This document shows, piece after piece, positions 50,615 to 63,450 of a DNA stretch of 64,000 bases. The first letter of the stretch is position 1; each line of letters opens with the position of its first letter. The stretch covers positions 1,240,001 through 1,304,000 of the forward strand of contig NC_045716.1 of assembly GCF_009834535.1 (NCBI RefSeq), read 5' to 3'. The translations under genes and the position numbers were made by a program. The stretch comes from Camelus ferus (Eukaryota). The notes beneath the pieces are model-generated. The model ran no database searches. It was not told where the DNA came from and saw only the letters and a program-made list of their open reading frames with translations.

Positions 50615-50729
50615 CTTTGTCCTCTGAGATGGCCTGCACCAGCTCGTACTCCTCCGCGGGGTCCGCGTCCAGGTTGTGCTTCATCATGGCCCTCTGGATC
50701 ACGGCCGGAGTCTTGTCCTGGCTCGTCAG
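50615..50729 (-). CDS. RGL1: RGL1 coding exon, [20 protein letters not shown]...SEDK (RA domain)
   Basis: ttccag|CTG ... AAAG|gtgggt; 115 nt. Confidence 0.97.
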
Positions 50730-51175
50730 CTGGAAAGACAGTGGCAAGGCTGGTAAAGTGCTTAGCTTCACGTTTCCTGGAAGAGTTTTCCTGACCTTAT
50801 TCTTACAGTCCTGTGTCTTTCCAGGGGAAACGGCCCAGTGGAATGAGAGCCGACCAAGAGCCGATACTCCTGGGTTCTAGTCTTGGCTCCACCCTCAGAG
50901 GCCAAAAGACGATGGTCGCCCATTCTCTCAGAGCCACAGTATCTTCCCCCATAGAAACAGAGAGACTGAGTGCCTTGCCATCTCCCCACACGGGTTGAGG
51001 TTCCGATGGAAAACTATATAGGAGGGTGTTGTGAGAACTGTACCACGTTCTCAGTCCTGGGCCAAAGCCCGCCCCAACCTGTCAAGCTCCTGCTGTGGCC
51101 CTGGTCCAGCACCTGGGGGTCAGGAATGGCCGCGGCCCTACAGGCCGACCATTTCCAACAGCACAAGGGAACCCG

Positions 51176-51455
51176 GGACCCAGGAACCCCACCCCTAGGA
51201 ATTCACCAGGAGAAATGAAAACGCAGGTCCACACGAGGACTCGTCCACAGGTGTTCACAGCACATTGATTCCCAACAGCCCCACCTGGAACCAACACTGG
51301 CTCTCCATCCACGAGGGAACAGGGAGGATAAAGACACCGCAGTGCAATCATGACAGGGCGCGGCCCGGGGGGTGCCGGGAACGGAGAACCGAGACAGGCA
51401 GCCGCGTGGGGCATCTCACCAACGCCACGTTGAGCCAGAGACACCAGACACTAAA
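51176..51455 (+). mobile_element. Old L1 3' fragment, strongly GC-shifted
   Basis: Collinear with the L1M 3' end (gacccag.aa..ccac.cctagg...agaaatgaaaac...gtccacac...ccagacac.aaaga). Confidence 0.7.
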
Positions 51456-52999
51456 GATTGCGGGTCTGTTCTTTCAAAAGCAGGCCGGATTAACCTGTGC
51501 TGTTAGGAGACTGAGTTCAGCTAAGCTTATCTTCAACTGAGGTAAAAGCAGGACTGACTGGAAGGGGCACAAGGGGATTTGCAGAGGGGGGTGGAAAACG
51601 CTCTTTATCCAGACTGGGGGTGGTGGCGACACAGATACACATACGTAGCTACATATGTACATATGGGTATGGGTGTAGTTCTTAGAACCCAAGGAACTGA
51701 ACACTTAAGGTCTACACAGATAACTTCAATCAAAATGAGCTAAGTGTTGACAAAGAATAAATCTAACATTTTTTATAAAGTGTGAGTAAAGCCTCGTCTC
51801 GCTCATTACCCCCTTCATCCCTGCCCATCACCAGCCATTTTCAGGGTGTTCAGAGCAACAGGAAAAGGGGGCTGACTCAGGTACCAGCCCTCGGGTGATT
51901 ATTCTTACTTAAAGACACAAACTGTTCTCACCAGGAGGTGAGAGGAAAGACAGCCAAAAAGAAGAAGAAGAAATCTAATTTCCTCCAAGGAACTGTCATT
52001 TTGAGCCTGAGGGTGTCAGGCCCGCATGCCTCCCCCTGGTCTGGGGCAGCGGCTGTATCTGTGAGTCAATAAACGATACGCGTTACAACGGGCGCCTCTG
52101 TCAGCAGCAAAGACCTGGCTCCGGTGTCTATTACCAAAACACCTGGCACATCCTTATATAAGGGAGAGGTGGATGCACAGAACATCCTAAAGGAGGAAAG
52201 ATGGTTTTTGATAGTCTAAAGGAAGTGCTCCCACCGCTAGATCAAACTGGACTAGGAGCTTAAAGCTAGAGGGAAAAGGCCACCGCCTGGGGGATGGTTG
52301 TTGGGTCAAGGTGGTCAGTGTTAAGATGTCACCTTTAAACCTGCTTACGGAGAAAGCCAGGCTACGCGTAGTTTCTTTAACTTAACTCAAACCTCCCTAG
52401 GTATGTGCAAACAAGGATGGGATGGCCAGGGACCCTTGAGTGTTTGTTACTTTGTACTTTTGAAGCTGCTGGGAGGGCCTGATGATCAGAGAGCACTCAC
52501 AGCTCAGCCAGGCAGCCCTGCGCTGATGGGCTGAACCAGCGCTGCCACGCGGATGCGTAAACGTGAGCCTCATTTGTTACTGTAAACATCTAGTAGCCCA
52601 CTTCTAAAACCTTTTTCAAAAGGGAAGTTGATACATCCAAAACATTCCTTCAGCATACAATCAATACAAGAATCATCAATTTCACGTTCTTCTGTTGCTG
52701 TTGTCAATCTTTGAAACCTCGTGTGTATCTTGCGCTCAAAGCCCAGCTCAGTGTGGACCTTTTGCACTTCAAATGCGTAACCACCACACCGTGGCTGGGG
52801 GCTACACTCCTGAATGAAGCGTGGATGTCACCTTCAGGCACCTTAAATAGGAACGCAAAACACCTGACCTGACCCGAGGTTACTTTTCTAACGCTACAGG
52901 CTAGGCCTGTTTTTGAAGGATGAGACTCCAGCAGGATGCCTGGGGTGGTTTTTCTGTTTTGCTTTTTGGGGGTATTTTTTTTTTTTTTTTGGCTCAGCA

Positions 53000-53800
53000 T
53001 GCTGTTTTAGAGATGCACCCCCTGGGTCCTGCCTCGGCCCACCGTCACTCCCTGCATGACCACATCTACCGCATCCACTGGGTGGTGGGGGTTGGGGGGC
53101 TGGATGACTCCCAGCATCCGACCCCAGCACCAGCCTCACGCCAACCTGTGTTTCTGACCATCGACCTGGTGATGCCATCTGGATGTCCTACTGGTGGTAC
53201 CTCTGATTTAAGTGCACCCAACACTTCCTCCTCCAGTGGTTACATCACACTTGACAGGACCACCAACCATCCAGCTGCCTGGAAAGCCTTTAGTTCCTCC
53301 CTCTTCCACTTCCCCACAACAGTAACCAAAAAGTTGATAACTAAATGGATGGAGACTACAATTCTACCTTATCAAAATCTTTCAAAACTCCGCATTGTCT
53401 GCAGTCACATCAGCACCATTCGAACCCTTATCATCTCCTGCCTGGAACATGGTGGCAGCTGCTACCTTCTTCCCCACCTGCAGCCGACCCCCTGCATTCC
53501 TGCATCAGTTCTGCACAAGGCCAGTCACTCCTCTAGAGAACAAGTGTCCTCACTACATAAATGCCCTCAATAAGACTCTACTGCCCGCAGGACTAACGCA
53601 GATTCCTTCACATGGGACCCTCAAAACCCAGTCTGACCTCGGAATATTTAGCAGATTTAAAATAATGCTTTATGACTCCCTTTTGATTGTAAGTTCCTCA
53701 AAGACAGAAATGTCCCATTCATCTTCCTGTCCCTAAAGTCTGGCCCAATGAATTCTACACTACTATTTCAAAAGTCAAGAAATATTTTGCTGATTCAGTG
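53000..53800 (+). mobile_element. L2 remnant
   Basis: Degenerate RT DDSQ region (53100-53200), catctggatgtcc motif, 3' end ...aaatattttgctgattcagtgaat. Boundaries approximate. Confidence 0.6.
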
Positions 53801-54486
53801 AATGCTTTAATAAAGCTTTCCTTTCGATATTAAAAGACAGTACCCCCATGTCACTTCTGTCATTCAGAGCTGGGCTTGTAAGCACGTGCCCTCAAAGAAG
53901 GCAAGTGAGGAAGATGGCGTGAGATGCAGGATTTCTCTACAAAGGAGAGTCTGCTTTTCAATACGTGATGTCCTACAAAGTAAGTCTCCTCTTGCCATAA
54001 ACACATCAGACCTCACACACCAGGAGAGGCTCTGCATGTATTTCAAAATATTTTGGGTACTGTGCTCAGAACACACAATCTTTACAAGATGCTCAAAAAG
54101 ATCAATCTCTTATTTATAAGTATAGTTCCTCATGGACTCAAACCATACGTCCAACTTGATCATCCACTTTACTCGGTCTGATTCCAAACGACCAAAGGGG
54201 AAAAATCTGCCACCACGGAGGATGCTGCTAAGAAGGCATGGCAGCTCAGTGACGAACGCAGACGCGTAAACCCACAGGAAGATCTGCAAGGAGGCGTGCA
54301 GCCATGGCATCTTCTCTGCAATACTCTTATATAGTCATCCTGAGTGACAGTTTTGAAGAGGGTGACACTGACCTGGATGAGTAAGTTTCAGCAACTTTTA
54401 AAATGTAAGAATTATATCCTATACTCACTGATGGCATGCAGATTTTTAAAAAATTTAATTTATTTAATGTCTTTTTTTCCTTCTGT

Positions 54487-54788
54487 TTTTTAGTCACATC
54501 ACTTTATTTTTATTTCATTTTGGTGGGGGGGGGGTAATTAGGTTTATTTATTTATTTTTCATTATTATTTTTAATGGAAGTGCTACGGTTTGAAACCAGG
54601 ACCTCGTGCATGCTTTTAGTAACATCACTTTTTATTTAATTTTTTAAATTTTCTTGGTGGGTGGCAGGTAATCAGGTTTATTTATTTATTTTTCATTATT
54701 AGTTTTAATGCAGGTACTGGGGCTTGAAGCCAGGACCTCGTGCATGCTAGGCAGGCGCTCTACCATGAGCTGTACCCGGTCCCCTCCG
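54487..54788 (-). mobile_element. Vic-1-like SINE (54614-54788) plus tandem partial copy (54487-54614)
   Basis: Full SINE with A/B boxes; the adjacent copy repeats its 3' two-thirds and the flank ttttagt.acatcacttt. Confidence 0.8.
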
Positions 54789-54924
54789 ATCTTTATATAA
54801 ATGTTACCAGTCTGTAACCCGGGAGACGCGGGCGTTTGCACACGGGACGCGCCTTCGTGCGCAGGGACCCGCGTGCGCAGACGGACGCGGCACGCACTAG
54901 CGGGTTGGGGGGGGGCGGTCTTAC

Positions 54925-55179
54925 CACGATGCTCTTGTACATGTTGCCGTTGCTGTCCTCCACGCTGATGCGGATTATGCAGGTGTCCTCGTTCTGCTGG
55001 TTGTAAACGGGGGGCAGCACGGTGGAGGTAATGGATGTCACGGAGACTGAGCGCTTGTGGACCCTGGGGTTGTTGTTGCAGGACGGCGGGGAGGAGACGG
55101 GGTTCGTCACGGATGACACCCCTGAGGAAGCTGTGTCCATGGAGTGGATGGAGGAGCACGATGAGGAGGACTCGGAGAG
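54925..55179 (-). CDS. RGL1: RGL1 coding exon, LSESSSSCSS...DTCIIRISVEDSNGNMYKSIV (start of Ras-association domain)
   Basis: ttccag|CTC ... GTG|gtaaga; 255 nt, 85 codons. Confidence 0.97.
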
Positions 55180-55447
55180 CTGGAAAGGGCAAGCAGAGCC
55201 CGGGAGGAAAGGCAGCCGTGAGAGCCCCGGCCGACGGCGCGCTTCGCACGTCTCTCAGCAGAGGCAGATGCTGAGGCTCATAAAGTCAGTCATTTCCCCC
55301 CACAACAGCCCAGGGCACACGCGTCTCGTCCCTGGTGTGCGCATCCCCCTGGCAGACGCCTGTCAGTGACCCTACTTGGCCCAAGCACCTGGCATCGGGA
55401 CGCCAGGTGGGTCTCTCACTTGGGGTTTTAGCTGCTCTGAAGGAGGC

Positions 55448-55466
55448 TGACCAGCAGGGGGCAGCA
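55448..55466 (+). promoter_or_regulatory. Candidate CTCF site
   Basis: TGACCAGCAGGGGGCAGCA matches the core consensus CCASYAGRKGGCRS. Confidence 0.4.
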
Positions 55467-58099
55467 GAGACTAGAGGCGACACGGGCTGCGGAAAGACGT
55501 GGGCGGCTCTCCAGGCCGGAGGAAAGCCCGGTGCTGCCGCCTTGAGCAGGATAACGACCTGCCCACAGAGATCACTGCTATCCTGACCACGTCACACCCA
55601 GATTTTGGAGCAGGAGAGAAATGTCTATATTTTTAGAAGTGTCTAAACTAAGGACCACAGATTACACAGCTCTGCGTGGAACAGGAGCCCAGGAAGGGGC
55701 CCCGGGGGTCGCCTGGCCCCACTCCTCCCTTTCTCCTGCGGAGGAACCTGGGGCACCGCCAGCACCAAGCTTCTTGACTCCACGGCCGGGTTCACAGGGC
55801 AAGGGCGCCGCCGAGACCCAGCCTGCGGTACGAACACAGGGCAGTGATCACCTCGGGGGCGCTCGGCGCCGTGAGGTTTGTGATGAGCTTTTACAGGTCG
55901 GGTCTCATTTTGGCCTCACAGCTACCTCGTGAATCAAGTGCAGAGCATCACAAAGATGAGGGAAATGAGATTCAGGGAAACAGCGACTTGCCCAAGGGAA
56001 CGCAACCCACGAGAGGCTCCGCCACTGACCACGTTGGCTTCGAGAACCGACTGCGTACGTTTTCATGTTGGGTGTCAAGGATAACTAAGGAGCGAGGCGC
56101 TGAAGTTAGTGGGTTTTTCTGACTAACGACAGAGTTCTGATATGTGCAACACCAGTTAGCAAAGAAATGGGGCGCCCCCAACTCACTAGATAGATGGTGT
56201 TCTAGGAAAAACCATTAATTGAATCATTTAAAATAGCAAGTCTTACTATAGAAAACTGTAAGTAATTTCTCAGAATAAGTTAAGCTAAATTATACCATAT
56301 TAATCCAATAAAATAATCTGGAAGTCCTTTAAAAAATAAATTACTTACTCAATTCTTTCACACCTGTCTACCGTTCCATGGAAACAAAGCATGGAAGTTT
56401 AGTTTTCTGGTTATCTGGTTTCCAAGTAAAATGGAGTCTATTTTATTTCCTACGGATTTTTCCCCCCTGTGGCATAACTATACGTTGGTTTAATCAGAGC
56501 CAGTGGCAACTCTGACGCGCAGGAGTCAAACTGTGGCCCCCATCACAGTGTGGTTTAGTTATACTCCTTAGGTTCCCACGTGAATCAACTTCGTGGCTCA
56601 ATTTGAGGGCTAACTGGTGGCGGGTAATTTCAGCAGCCTAACTCTGCCTGCAGGTGCCCCACACAGTAGCCGAGAGGGTCCATTTTCCAATTATTGGTTC
56701 AATTTTTTTCACCTTCCCTTTCCTCCACATAAACCCATTTTCCTGTTAGATTTTCCATGATTTTAATGACATCCATAACTCAAATGATGCCCTGAAGATG
56801 CCTGGGTTACAGAAACTCCAAACTAATCACCTGACAAGACCCCAAATTTTTACTGAGAACTTCAGTAGCGAGGAGCAGACGTTAGGTAAATGTTTAAAAG
56901 TCGTGATCAGGGGAATGAAGGAAGATGAATGATTACACTTTACTCAAAAGGGCGACCTTGCAATGTAGCCAGTGGGGAGGGCAGGGTGGACGCAGGAGGG
57001 CCGCAGGGCTGCAGGGTGGGAAGGGACCACTGCCTCCTGGCCCAGCCGTGTGCTGAGCAGAAGTGAGGCCTCTCCAGTTAACATTCAGCACTTCTGCAGC
57101 CCAGCAACTACTCACATCCAACTCAATTACTCATTTTTAAACCTATGGAAATTCATGACTCTGAGAGGTTCATCCAAAGAATTAAAGTTCATGACTTGTG
57201 CAAGAAATTAAAGAGTCAGTGTGATAAGGGAGGAGACCAAAAGGATGCAGCCGGTTGGGGGGGGGGGGTGCCCAGGACACACATGGGGCTCCAGCACAGT
57301 TTTAAAGGGGATGGATGATCTGGGCCATGTGCACGTCCACTGCACCAGCAGATGCAAATGTGATTCCCCCTTCTTCCCGGACAGAGGGAAACCCCACAAA
57401 GGCGTGGGCGTATCTCAGTTGTCACTGTTGCACAATGTCTGTCATCAGACATGGGGCCTACAGAGCATGAGAACCTGTCAAAAGGTGAATGATGAGACTT
57501 TGCTCCAGGATTCTGACAAATTCAATGCTGACTGTCAAGTCACGGGGAATGCTTACACCCCTTGTTAAGAAGGCACGCTGGAGAGAACAGCCAGTCTGGA
57601 GGTGTTTGCCAAGCCTTCCTTCAATATTTGGAGCATTAAAGATGTGTTCTCACCTAGACTTCAAAGCAGAAAGGTGAGAAGTCCCACCCGCCGGGGCAGC
57701 ATCTGAGGCATCTCAGTCTCATGAGTCCCTCCTGGTTTGGCTACTTTGTGACAAGGGCACCTGATGGTTCCCAGATCGCTGCTGTGGCTTATAACACAGC
57801 GAGACAGCACACAGATCCCCATGCAGGATGGCGGATACAAACAAAACAAAGGCATTGTTCCTAACACTCCACCTCACTGGCCAAAGCAGAAGCTAAGGGG
57901 TCAGAAGTCACTCACACAGCAAGTGTGACCAGATGTAGAGGTGACATCTCTGATGTCAGCTCCTTGACCAACAGATTCAAGCAGATGTGTACAGAAGACT
58001 AAGGTGGGTCTTTTCTTTCATGTATTTATACGAAAAATAGCCATGGAAAATAAAAGCTTTCTCCAGGAATTCCTTTATCACCTCCCATCACTTTCCCTT

Positions 58100-58539
58100 T
58101 TGGGGGGACACGGTAGATTGTTACCAATTCCTCACCATCTCCCGCATCCGTGCCCTTTGCCCTGTGACACCATAGTTCTAGAAGCGGCGTCTAGTTCCCC
58201 ACCTCATTTATTTATGGGGGATTTGGCCACATGATTTACTCTGGCCAATAATGTTGATCTCACCCTAGGGAAGGTCTGTTATGTGGCTGCAGGGCTGGGA
58301 CCGCCCTCTTGCTCACCAGTCTGGCATGCTAAGAGCTTGCCCTGCGGAGCTCCTCACTCCAAAAGCAACGTGGCCGGGTAGAGGAGACCTGGGCCAAATC
58401 TGGGCCCTAGGACCAAGCCCAACCCCAGTCAACCAACCTGCAGGAGCATGACAGAGGATAAATGGTGGTTGTGTTAAGTCACTGAGGTTTGGAGTGATTT
58501 GCTCTGCAGCATTATTGTGGTAAAAGCTTGGCTGAGACA
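58100..58539 (+). mobile_element. Old MLT1 (H/I/J-like) LTR
   Basis: ggccacatgatttactctggccaat and 3' end aagtcactgaggtttggagtgatttg...gcagcatt...gctgagaca. Confidence 0.65.
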
Positions 58540-58898
58540 CAGTATGACACCGAGAAACTGCCGCATCTCTGTCTCTTGACTTTCTGCTCCTTCTAAGAAC
58601 ACTCTACATCTCCTAAGTAAAGTGTAGCTCCCGCTCCACGTCACAGTCCGCCAGCTGCCTCTGGACGTGGGCGGGGAACAGCATTTCAAAGGTGAGATGA
58701 GCAAACCAGCAGGCTTGTCGCTTTTAGACGTTTCTATAGGGAAGGAATTCCCAGAATGAACTATGCTTTTAACACCTTGAAAAAACAGGACTTGCAACAC
58801 ACTGTCGAGCGAGCAACCTGCAAACAGACATTGCTCCCGGGGCAGACACCGTGCCAGGCGCCGGCATCGCGAGTCACGGGCAGGGGCCGAGCGCGCAC

Positions 58899-59085
58899 CT
58901 TTTTCTGAGGCTCGTCGGGCGTGTCCATGGGCGTGATGGAGCCCTCCTCGGCCTCCGAGTGGTTCGACTCGCAGGATGACACGCTCACGGAGTCCATGCT
59001 CTCCCCGGAGCTCCCGCTGGCAGCGGACTTGGGCGGCTCTTTGGTAGGCGTGCTACTGGTGATAAGGTCCGACCCCAGAAACAGT
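58899..59085 (-). CDS. RGL1: RGL1 coding exon, LFLGSDLITS...DEPQKK (Ser-rich linker)
   Basis: ccgcag|ACTG ... AAG|gtgcgc; 187 nt; phase consistent. Confidence 0.96.
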
Positions 59086-60139
59086 CTGCGGAAAACATAA
59101 CGCCAGGCATTCGGGCTCTTACAAGTCTGGAATCCATGGTGAAGCAAATAGTTTTGTGTTAACTAAGTCCTCGATGTTTTCTTAATCGTGTGCGCCCTGT
59201 CATTATTATTTTAGGAAAGCATTTGCTAGCAAGTTTCTAACAGGATCAGAGTAAACATCTTGTCCCAGGGTGTTACCTGCAGCCTCAAAGAGCACGCGGA
59301 CTGCTTGGCTGAGTGAAGGGCCATGTTAACCTGAGGTCTTTGTGGGTCAGCAGTTCTCCGTTTTTTGGTGAAAGTCTACGGGCCACTTTGGCAGGATCGA
59401 AACACCATGGCCACACCCCATCACCTCCCACCAGGAAGCAAATTCTAGGAGGCTGAAGGCGAAGACCAGCCCTGCGCTGGGCAGGAAGCCAAGGGGGAAG
59501 GCTTTTTTTTCCTTTTCCGATAATCTAATGAACTAAAATAACCTCAGCCCCTTCACCATAAAACAACTCGGTAAAAACATGGACAATTCTTTTTAGAGTT
59601 GAGCTTGCAAGACAGTAAGGAAAATCCCTGCAGGCCAGAAACGAAAAGGGAACAGAAAACCAGAAGCAGGCGAGCTCCTTCTGCAGCTGCTCTGGACGGG
59701 GGGCGGGAGGGGCCGATTGCGGCAAACTAGCGACAGGGGTTTTAACACACACATAGCATCCAAAGATGAGGGCTTCTGTTCATGCACGGTGGCGGGTGGG
59801 CACTGACATCCCTCATACAGAGCCAGGACCCTCAGAGAGCTTCATGCACCCTGAGTAAAAAGATGGGCTAGAAAAATACACTCCTGCTGGCATAGAAAGA
59901 CAGCAGGGGAGACTTATCTGCCGGCCTGAGCTTGGGTGGAAGAAAAATGTCTCCTCGAAATCACGTGCGATCTTAGCCAACACTTCTCTCAGATTTGCTG
60001 CCTAGCTGGTCTAAGAACTGGGAACTCCCAGGCCAGTGAGTGAGACTTTTGAAGAAACTAGAATTTAGAAAAGCAGACAAACAGAAATACCCAAACACCT
60101 TTCTGGAGGAATATTCCTTCAACTTAGGCGGCAGAGAAT

Positions 60140-61195
60140 TCCCTGATAAAGATGAACTCACAATATAAAATTACAAAATACACACAAGGAAACAGCCCAC
60201 CCTAAGCAGGAGTCAACAGGCATAATGAAATGAGCAAATCTAGACCCCTGAGGACTTAAGATTACAAGAGCTCTCAGAAAGAGATGAGTAATTTATTCAT
60301 TCATTTAACAAATATTCAAGCGTCTACCATGAGCCAAGCTATAAAGCAAGTGTGTTTAAAAACATTAAAGAGATACAAGAAGAAATTGAGAACAGGAGTT
60401 AAAAGCAAGACATTCTAACAAGAGGACAGGAAGATAATTTGGAAAAAAAGAAGTTTACTTCTAGAGTGAAAAGGTAGTGATTTAAATTTTAAAACTCAGT
60501 GGAAAGATCAAATGTTGAAGAGAAAAACTGTGAACCAGAATTGATAGGTCTGAAGAAAATCCTCAGAGGTCAGCATCAAAATATGAAGAATGAAATGAAA
60601 ATGAAAATCAAAATGAAAAATGAAAGAGGTTAAAAGGCACAGGGAATGGGGTACGGAAGGCCTGCCTGTGTGAAGAGGAGTTCCGCAAGAAGACAGATGA
60701 GCGAAGGGAAAAAGGGACCGTGGCTGAAGGGGCGGTGGCTGAGAAGACTCCAGAATGAGAGAACCGCGTGAATCCTCAGATCCAGGAACCACATCTGGGG
60801 TCAATAAGGCTAAATCCCCACTTAACCTGCACGATGGTATAGAAGACCCAAGTTCTTAAAAGCAACATGGCTGGAGGCATAATGCAAAGGAGCCATAATT
60901 CAGCAGACATCAGACATCTCAACAGCACCGATGGAAGACAGAAGGCATAGAATAATGTCTTCAGAGCGCTGAGAGAAAGTACCAGTCATCCCTGAATTCT
61001 GTACCCACCTAACAGAATCCCAAGAGTGAGGGCAAAATAAAGGCTTTCTCAGACAAAGACTGTTTACCATCAACAGACAACGAGGAGGGAAGGTGTAAGG
61101 CACAAGAAGGAATGGGATGCGCAGAAACTAGCAAATGGGCCCAAACCCAAACAAACATTGTCTGTATAAAACAACAGTAGTAGAAACAATGAGGA
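60140..61195 (+). mobile_element. Old L1M fragment (ORF1 region)
   Basis: A-rich; cagacatctcaacagcac..., gaattctgtacccac..., aaataaaggctttctcagacaaa resemble the L1 ORF1 C-terminal region. Confidence 0.7.
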
Positions 61196-62074
61196 TTTTA
61201 TATATATATATATATATAAAACCAGTACCTTTTCAGGCACCCCTTGTGAGCCGGGCACTGTTTTAGGGGTGTGACAAGCCTGCTAGCCCTGACAACAACC
61301 CACTGAGTGAACATTATCACCCTCGTCTCACAAAGGACAGGACAGAAATTCACACAGCAAGTGGCTGTGGCGCTGGGATCTGTGGGGTCAGCGTGGTTCC
61401 CGAGCCCACTCTGCCGCGAACAACGTCCGGGTTCCCTGATCAGTGTCCCTGCGCGCCCCTGGCCAGTGCAGACTGTGTCACCCAAAGATCAGACCCGGGT
61501 ATACATCTTCAAAAGAGAAGAACAAATTTATTAATCAAAGGATAACCCTTGTCTCTCTGAACTAAGCTCCTTAGCCTCCATGAGAGTCGTCGGCCTAATG
61601 TCGTTCAGAGTTGAACGTCTAAGAGATGAACTTCAAGACAGAGACTAGGTTCTCTTAAGACTCTTCTAATATAAACTGCTGAGATCCAAGCACAGGGTCC
61701 AATTAAACTAACATCTCCCTTCCTTCCCTCCCTTATTCCTCATCCTCTCTCCCTTCCCTCCTCATCTTCTCGCCTCTTCTACGTCTTACTTTCCTCACTT
61801 CCCATCCATCTTTCCTTCCCTTCTTCCTTCCCAAAGTATTTATCCAACAGGTGGCATGGTGAAAGGGCTGTGACCTCGGCTTTGGGGCCAAACCTCGGGC
61901 TTGAGCCCAGGCCCCACAACAGCCAGCATGCTCTTTGCCCTGTCTGGGCCTTCCTTTCCTGGTTGATTAAAATTTGGCATAATAGCAGGACCTACTAGGT
62001 TATTTTGTAGATTGTATGAGAAATATACAGGTATTGTTCTCAGGACAGTGTTGGCTCATGGCTCCATTTATCCA

Positions 62075-63250
62075 TTCAATAAATATTTATTAGTCATTTA
62101 CTATGCGTCAGGCACTGGTCGAGGTTCTGGGGATACAAGCCATGAACAAAAAACAGACATAAACGCCTGTCTTCAAAGAGCTTGCACTCTAGATCACAGA
62201 CACAACGCACAGCATGTCCGCTGGACGGAAGTACAATGGAGACGTTCAAAGCAGGTGACGGTGAGAGTGGGCGCCAAAGGCAGGTAACGTGGGGTGTGGT
62301 TAGGTTACAGCATTAAATGAGGTGGTCAGGGAAGGCTCATGAGAAGGGGGCTTCTCAGCAAAGATCTGGAGGAAGTGAGGGAGGGAGCCATTTGGCTATC
62401 TGAGGAACAGTGTTCTGAGCAGAAGAAATGGCAAATAAAAATGAGGGTGCCTAGTGTGTTCAGGGAGGACTGGGTGGCAGGGTGCAGACAGTAAGCGGGG
62501 AAAGGTGAGGACAAACAGGTATGGGACGGGTGGACGGGGCTGGGATGGTACCACAGATGGTGAAGAGTCGTGTAAAGACTTTGGATTGTGTGCAAAGGGA
62601 GACAGGTGTTCAGGTTAGCTCTGGCGGGAACTCTCGTGTGCCCGGCACTGAGCTGGGCTGACGGCCATGAGCATGGTGGACAAGGTTCCTGCTCTTGGGG
62701 CTTACACTCCGCTGGAGGAAACAGCCAGCACGGCTGAGGGGTGCGGGCAGACAGCAACATTAGATGGGATACCCTCTCGGGGGGTAACGTTTCTGCCAAC
62801 ATCTGAAGGAGCAAGCCCCAGAGAAAGCACACGCCGGGACAGAGGGACACGTGGTACAGGCGTCTAGTGCATCCAGTAAGGAACAAGCCTGGGGGCTGAA
62901 GGAGGCCGGGGGTCGGGCGAGGCTGGATCTTGGTGAACAAGGGGGTTGGACACCAGGAAGGTGGTAAGATTAGGAGATCATGCAAAACAGGGTAAGGCAT
63001 TCAGGTGCTGTCTAAACAAAACCACTGGAAGTTTTAAAGCCAGGAAGCAAACTAAGCTGGTGTACGTGTTAACAGACTACCAGTCTATTTGGGAGTGAAT
63101 AGATGGCTGGAGCAAGGGTGGGGCCAGCAGCCAGTAAGGATGTTGCTGGAGTGGTCCAGGCGGGAGCCAATGGTGGCTCCTCCCAGAGAGAACAGTGGAG
63201 AAAGATGGATGGATTCAGAAAACGTGCTAAATTCATGGCAGAAAGATCAG
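62075..63250 (-). mobile_element. L2 remnants (two pieces), preceded by a MIR at about 61850-62075 (+)
   Basis: cattcaataaatatttatt...caggcactg L2 3' end; gaagtgagggagggagccat motif. Confidence 0.7.
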
Positions 63251-63360
63251 CTATTTAACAAGTGAGCCAATGGGCTCAGGGGAGCTTCGCTGAATCCCCG
63301 TCCTCTCCCCGACTCTGATGGGACCCTCCCGGGGCCCTGGGACCCCAGGGTCACACTCAC

Positions 63361-63450
63361 AGGCTCAGCCTCTTCACCATGCTCTTCCGAGGCTTGGGCG
63401 ACGTGGCGCTGGCGTCCGCGGCCGCTTCGATCTCACAGGAGAGGGCGTAG
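63361..63450 (-). CDS. RGL1: RGL1 coding exon, (S)YALSCEIEAAADASATSPKPRKSMVKRLS(L)
   Basis: Minus strand ccccag|CTAC ... AGCCT|gtgagt; 90 nt; end of the RasGEF/CDC25 region. Confidence 0.96.

Noticed and set aside
52920-53573. 217-aa ORF
   Set aside because: Runs through a decayed L2 (DDSQ remnant) and a T-run.
54686-55249. 187-aa ORF overlapping an RGL1 exon in another frame
   Set aside because: Explained by the high GC of the exon; it runs into a SINE and has no independent start or splice support.
62326-63000. 224-aa minus-strand ORF
   Set aside because: Lies within L2 remnants; composition is typical of pyrimidine-rich repeat sequence.
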